From an uncultured Acidimicrobiia bacterium (GTDB lineage Bacteria > Acidobacteriota > Terriglobia > Versatilivoradales > Versatilivoraceae): DNA of 64,000 bases. The stretch covers positions 1,600,001 to 1,664,000 of the forward strand of contig CAWBAT010000005.1 in NCBI GenBank assembly GCA_963786955.1, in the 5' to 3' direction. Within the stretch, counting starts at the first letter, position 1. Every line of letters starts with the position of its first letter. The position numbers and the translations under genes were made by a program. The notes beneath the pieces are model-generated. The model saw only the letters and a list, made by a program, of their open reading frames with translations, was not told the DNA's origin and did not search any database. Shown in pieces: positions 60,199-64,000 of the stretch.

Positions 60199-63100
60199 TC
60201 ACACATCGACCACCTGAATTCTCACCACAACCGAGTGTTCCTGCCGGTCGTCAACCAGGGGAATAGTCTTTTCCCGTTGCTCAACCCCATCCACTGTGAT
60301 GGTCGTCTGGTCAATCTTGGCGCGCGTTTGCAGGACAGTAATGTGATAGACCGTCTCTCGATAGCGGTAGTGCAGCTTAAAAACCTTCCAATCTGCAGGA
60401 AGGCATGGAGCGAAACGGAGTTGATCGACTTCAAGCCGCAACCCCAGGAGGGATTCGACGATGAGTCGATACATCCAGCCGGCAGAGCCCGTGTACCATG
60501 TCCATCCGCCTCGGCCAATGTGGGGCGAGAGGGCATAGACGTCAGCCGCGACGACATAGGGTTCAACTTTGTAGGTCGCCACCCCCTCGGGAGAGCTCCC
60601 ATGGTTCACCGGATTGATCATGCGTAACAGTTCCCAGGCGCGCCGGCTGTCGCCTAAGGCAGCGAACGCCATGGCCGCCCAGATCGCCGCATGCGTGTAC
60701 TGCCCGCCATTTTCTCTCACCCCTGGAACGTATCCCTTGATGTAGCCGGGATTCATATTCGATTTGTCGAAGGGCGGATCTAAAAGCTGGATTAAGGAAT
60801 GCTCCCGACGAACAAGCCGCTGATCCGCTGCCTCCATGGCCGCGCGCGCGCGCCTGGGCATCGCCTGCCCCGGAAAGAACAGACCAACTTTGCGCAATCG
60901 AGTCAATCTGGCACTCGGAATTGCTCGCCGATCCCAGCGGCGAGCCGTCGTCGAAGTAGGCGCGGCGGTACCACTCGCCGTCCCAGCCGTTCTGCTCGAG
61001 ATTCTGGCGCACCTCGGCCGCCTCCTTTTGGCAAATTTCAACGAAGGGGATATCGCCATGCACTCGCGCAACCTCAGTGAAGCGCATGAGCACTTCATAG
61101 AGGAAGAATCCCAACCAGACGCTTTCACCTTTGCCGTGTTCGCCCACCATGTTCATGCCGTCGTTCCAGTCACCGGAGCCGATGAGCGGCAGGCCGTGCT
61201 CACCGAATCTAAGGCCCCTCCGGATGGCTCGCACGCAGTGGTCATACAAACTGGCCGCTTCTTGAGACCGGCTGGGTAAGTCGTAGTACGAGTCCTCCTC
61301 CGGGTTTACCGGTCGGCCGTCGAGAAAGGGGATGAGCTCATCCAACACCCCGGAGTCCCCTGTATTCACAACGTACCGGCAGGTCGCCAACGGCAACCAG
61401 AGGTAATCATCCGAACAGTGTGTGCGCACCCCCCGGCCCGATGGCGGGTGCCACCAATGCTGGACGTCTCCTTCCCGGAACTGCCGGGATGCGCAGAGGA
61501 GCAGTTGCTCGCGCACCAGGCGCGGCTCGGCGTGGATCACAGCCATCACGTCCTGCAACTGATCACGAAAGCCAAAGGCGCCTCCCGACTGATAGTATCC
61601 GCTCCGCGCCCAAAGCCGGCATGACAGAGTTTGGTACAAGAGCCAGCCGTTCGTCAGCACGTCGAGGGAGGGGTCGGGCGTTTCTACCTGGACTGCGCCG
61701 AGAGTGTGCTTCCATTGCTGCCACACGGCTTCCAGCTCGCCTCGCGCGGCAATGGATCCTCGAAAACGACGCACCAGATTGCCGGCGTCTTCGACGTCTC
61801 GTCCGACACCGAGCCGGAAGATGATTTCACATTCCTGTCCGTCGGCCAGCTCAAAAGGGACCTGGATTGCGGCGCAGGGATCCAGAGCCGCTCCCACTTT
61901 GCCGGAAAGACGCACCCGGGTCATCGCCGCAGGGCTTCGCAGAGTGCCGTTGCGCCCGAGGAATTCAGTCCGGTCTCCGCTGACGGTCCGGCTCACTCCG
62001 TCCACGTCGAAAAAAGCAACCCGGTCGGCAAATTCTGTCTTGTAGGGGTTTCGTGCAAAGAGCGCACCGCTATTGGGGTCCACTTCAGTGATCACGTGCA
62101 TCATCGACTTAGGGCGCAGATCTCCCAACACCCACTCCACGTAGCCCGTGAGGGAGAGTCGGCGCGATCGACCGGACTCGTTTCGCAGCTTTAACACCGT
62201 GAACTTGACCGGCGCGTCCTGAGCCACGTAAACCCACGCCTCTGAGCGGATGCCGCGTTCGGTATGCTCGAAGACGCTGTAGCCGAATCCGTGCCGGGTG
62301 ACGTAAGGATTGGCTCCACGGGTGGGCAGCGGCATGGGAGACCAGAAATGGCCGCGCTCCTCATCACGAATGTAAAAGGCCTCGCCGCTCGAGTCGCTCA
62401 CCGGGTCGTTGCACCAGGGGGTGAGGCGGAACTCGTGGGCATTCTCGCTCCAGGTGTACGCTAGGCCGTTCTCTGAGACGACCGTTCCGAAGTGCGGGTT
62501 CGCCAGCACATTCACCCATGGTGCCGGCGTCACTTGGCCGTGTGCCGTCGAAATGATGTACTCCCGCCCATCAGGGGTGAATCCGCCCAGCCCGTTGGAG
62601 AAGATCAGATCGTGGCGAGGCAATACGGCGACAGCCGTCGGTTCGGCCCCGCGTTTTCGGGTTGGGGTAAGGCGCGGCACGGTTGTTTCTACAATTCCAC
62701 GGCGGCCGAGCTGGCCTGCCAGTGGTCCCCTGCTGTCGCTGATGATGATGCGAGCGACGGTTTGAAGCAGGATGCGGTCCTCGCTGGATATCTGGTCTGC
62801 AGGTCTTACAAAGATGCCGCCGGGTCGATCGGTCACGTTTGCTTCGACGCCTGCGGCAATGAGTCCCATGATTTGGTCATGGAGAAGTTGCCGGTAACCG
62901 GCATGATCTTCGTTCCAGATCACCAAGTCCACTGCCAATCCTTTTAAGCGCCAGTACGCGTGAGCCTGTACGAGTTGGCGAACCAGATCGAAATGGGCCG
63001 GGTCTCCAATCCTGAGCAGCACAATCGGCAAATCTCCAGAAATGGAGTAACCCCACAGGCCAGATTGTCCGCGCCGGTTCTTGATGAGGACGCCCGGATC

Positions 63101-64000
63101 GGCCCGCAGTGACGAATTGGCGTAAATGATGGAGCTGGCCAGGTGTCCATAGAGCTGCGCATCAGCCGTGGGTGGCATTGAGTTGGCGCAAAACCACCTG
63201 GCTGTGTGTCCAAGCCAGGTCGAAGACGCGATCGGCGAGACGCCGATCATGGTACTTTTCGACGAGACCCAGACAACCCTCGCGGTTTTCGCCAACCCCG
63301 GAGACGATATTGATCGTGACGGACTCCCCCGGAATCAAGTGTCTTTCGATAACGGATCGCGACAATCGGATCGAGCACGGAGCCCTCACTGCCAGAGAGC
63401 GCTGCAGAATCCCGCATCGCTTGGGGGTCGGCGACGGTGTTTCCGTGGCCGATGAACCGCATGCGATCCGTTTCATAGGAAACTTCCGCCTTGTCCGCAC
63501 CGTAGACGGCCATTAAGTGAAACATCCATGGCGCCTGCTCCTCGATGGACCGCGGCCGACGAGTGCACAGGATGGCCTGCCGCTGGCGGAAAATCTCAGT
63601 CTGAACAAAGAGATTACTGAACGCCGGATGCAAAGCGTCTGCGGCGGGCGCAGCCAGGACGACTTCCGCGTAACTCGTGATATCGATCACTCTGCTCGCC
63701 CGTGATCGGTTGGTGATGCGGATGCGGCGAAGCTCGATGTCATCTTCAGGTGAAACGGCAATCTCCGTGTGCGTGTCGAGTTCGTGGTTGCGGCAGCGGA
63801 ATTCCGCTCGCGCTTCTGAGAAAACCGCTTCGTAATTCTCCGATCGTTTCAGGGTTGGCTGATGAGCGGTTGACCAGAACTCCCCGCTCGTGACATCTCG
63901 GATGTAGCAGAACGTGCCCCAGTTATCGCACGTGGTGTCTTCGCGCCAGCGCGTGATATCGATATCTTTCCAGCGACTGTACCCGCCTCCCGCGTTGGTA
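60199..64000 (-). CDS. Cyclic beta-1,2-glucan synthase-like protein, C-terminal GH94 region (5' end outside the window; frameshifts)
   Basis: QSGGAFGFRDQLQD, GSGDWND, GVRENGGQYTH and GGWTWYTGSAGW motifs; tandem GH94 supersandwich domains. Confidence 0.92.

Overview
Bacterial genomic window, most likely Acidobacteriota (inferred from the gene families; no database search was run). It reads as a general-stress/dormancy island. Genes include CsbD, ElaB/DUF883-like, DUF3309, lmo0937, Thivi_2564, a YflT-like stress protein, ferritin-like, a low-affinity iron permease, two PRC-barrel proteins, two OmpA proteins, AI-2E transporters, phospholipases, glycogen phosphorylase, transketolase and a GH94 cyclic beta-1,2-glucan synthase. 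The strongest hidden signal is a ~65-bp non-coding motif at 14 loci (15 promoters). It has two 16-bp TGAGC-N6-GCTCA-like boxes 22 bp apart. The proximal box overlaps a CTGACA/CTGACG -35 element, followed 17-18 bp later by a TAnnnT/TATAA-like -10. Every copy points at a downstream gene. The window also encodes four paralogous Crp/Fnr regulators with a non-canonical recognition helix (TRSR[V/I]SH), which flank an intact kaiC-kaiB-kaiB-PAS histidine kinase-NarL-type regulator operon (no kaiA). The proposed system (inference) is a KaiBC/two-component/Crp cascade driving a general-stress regulon through sigma70-type promoters instead of an alternative sigma factor. The island is heavily remodelled, with duplicated relics, MITEs and true pseudogenes. 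Many GC-rich genes carry indel-only frameshifts that are probably sequencing errors. No rRNA, tRNA or CRISPR array was seen.
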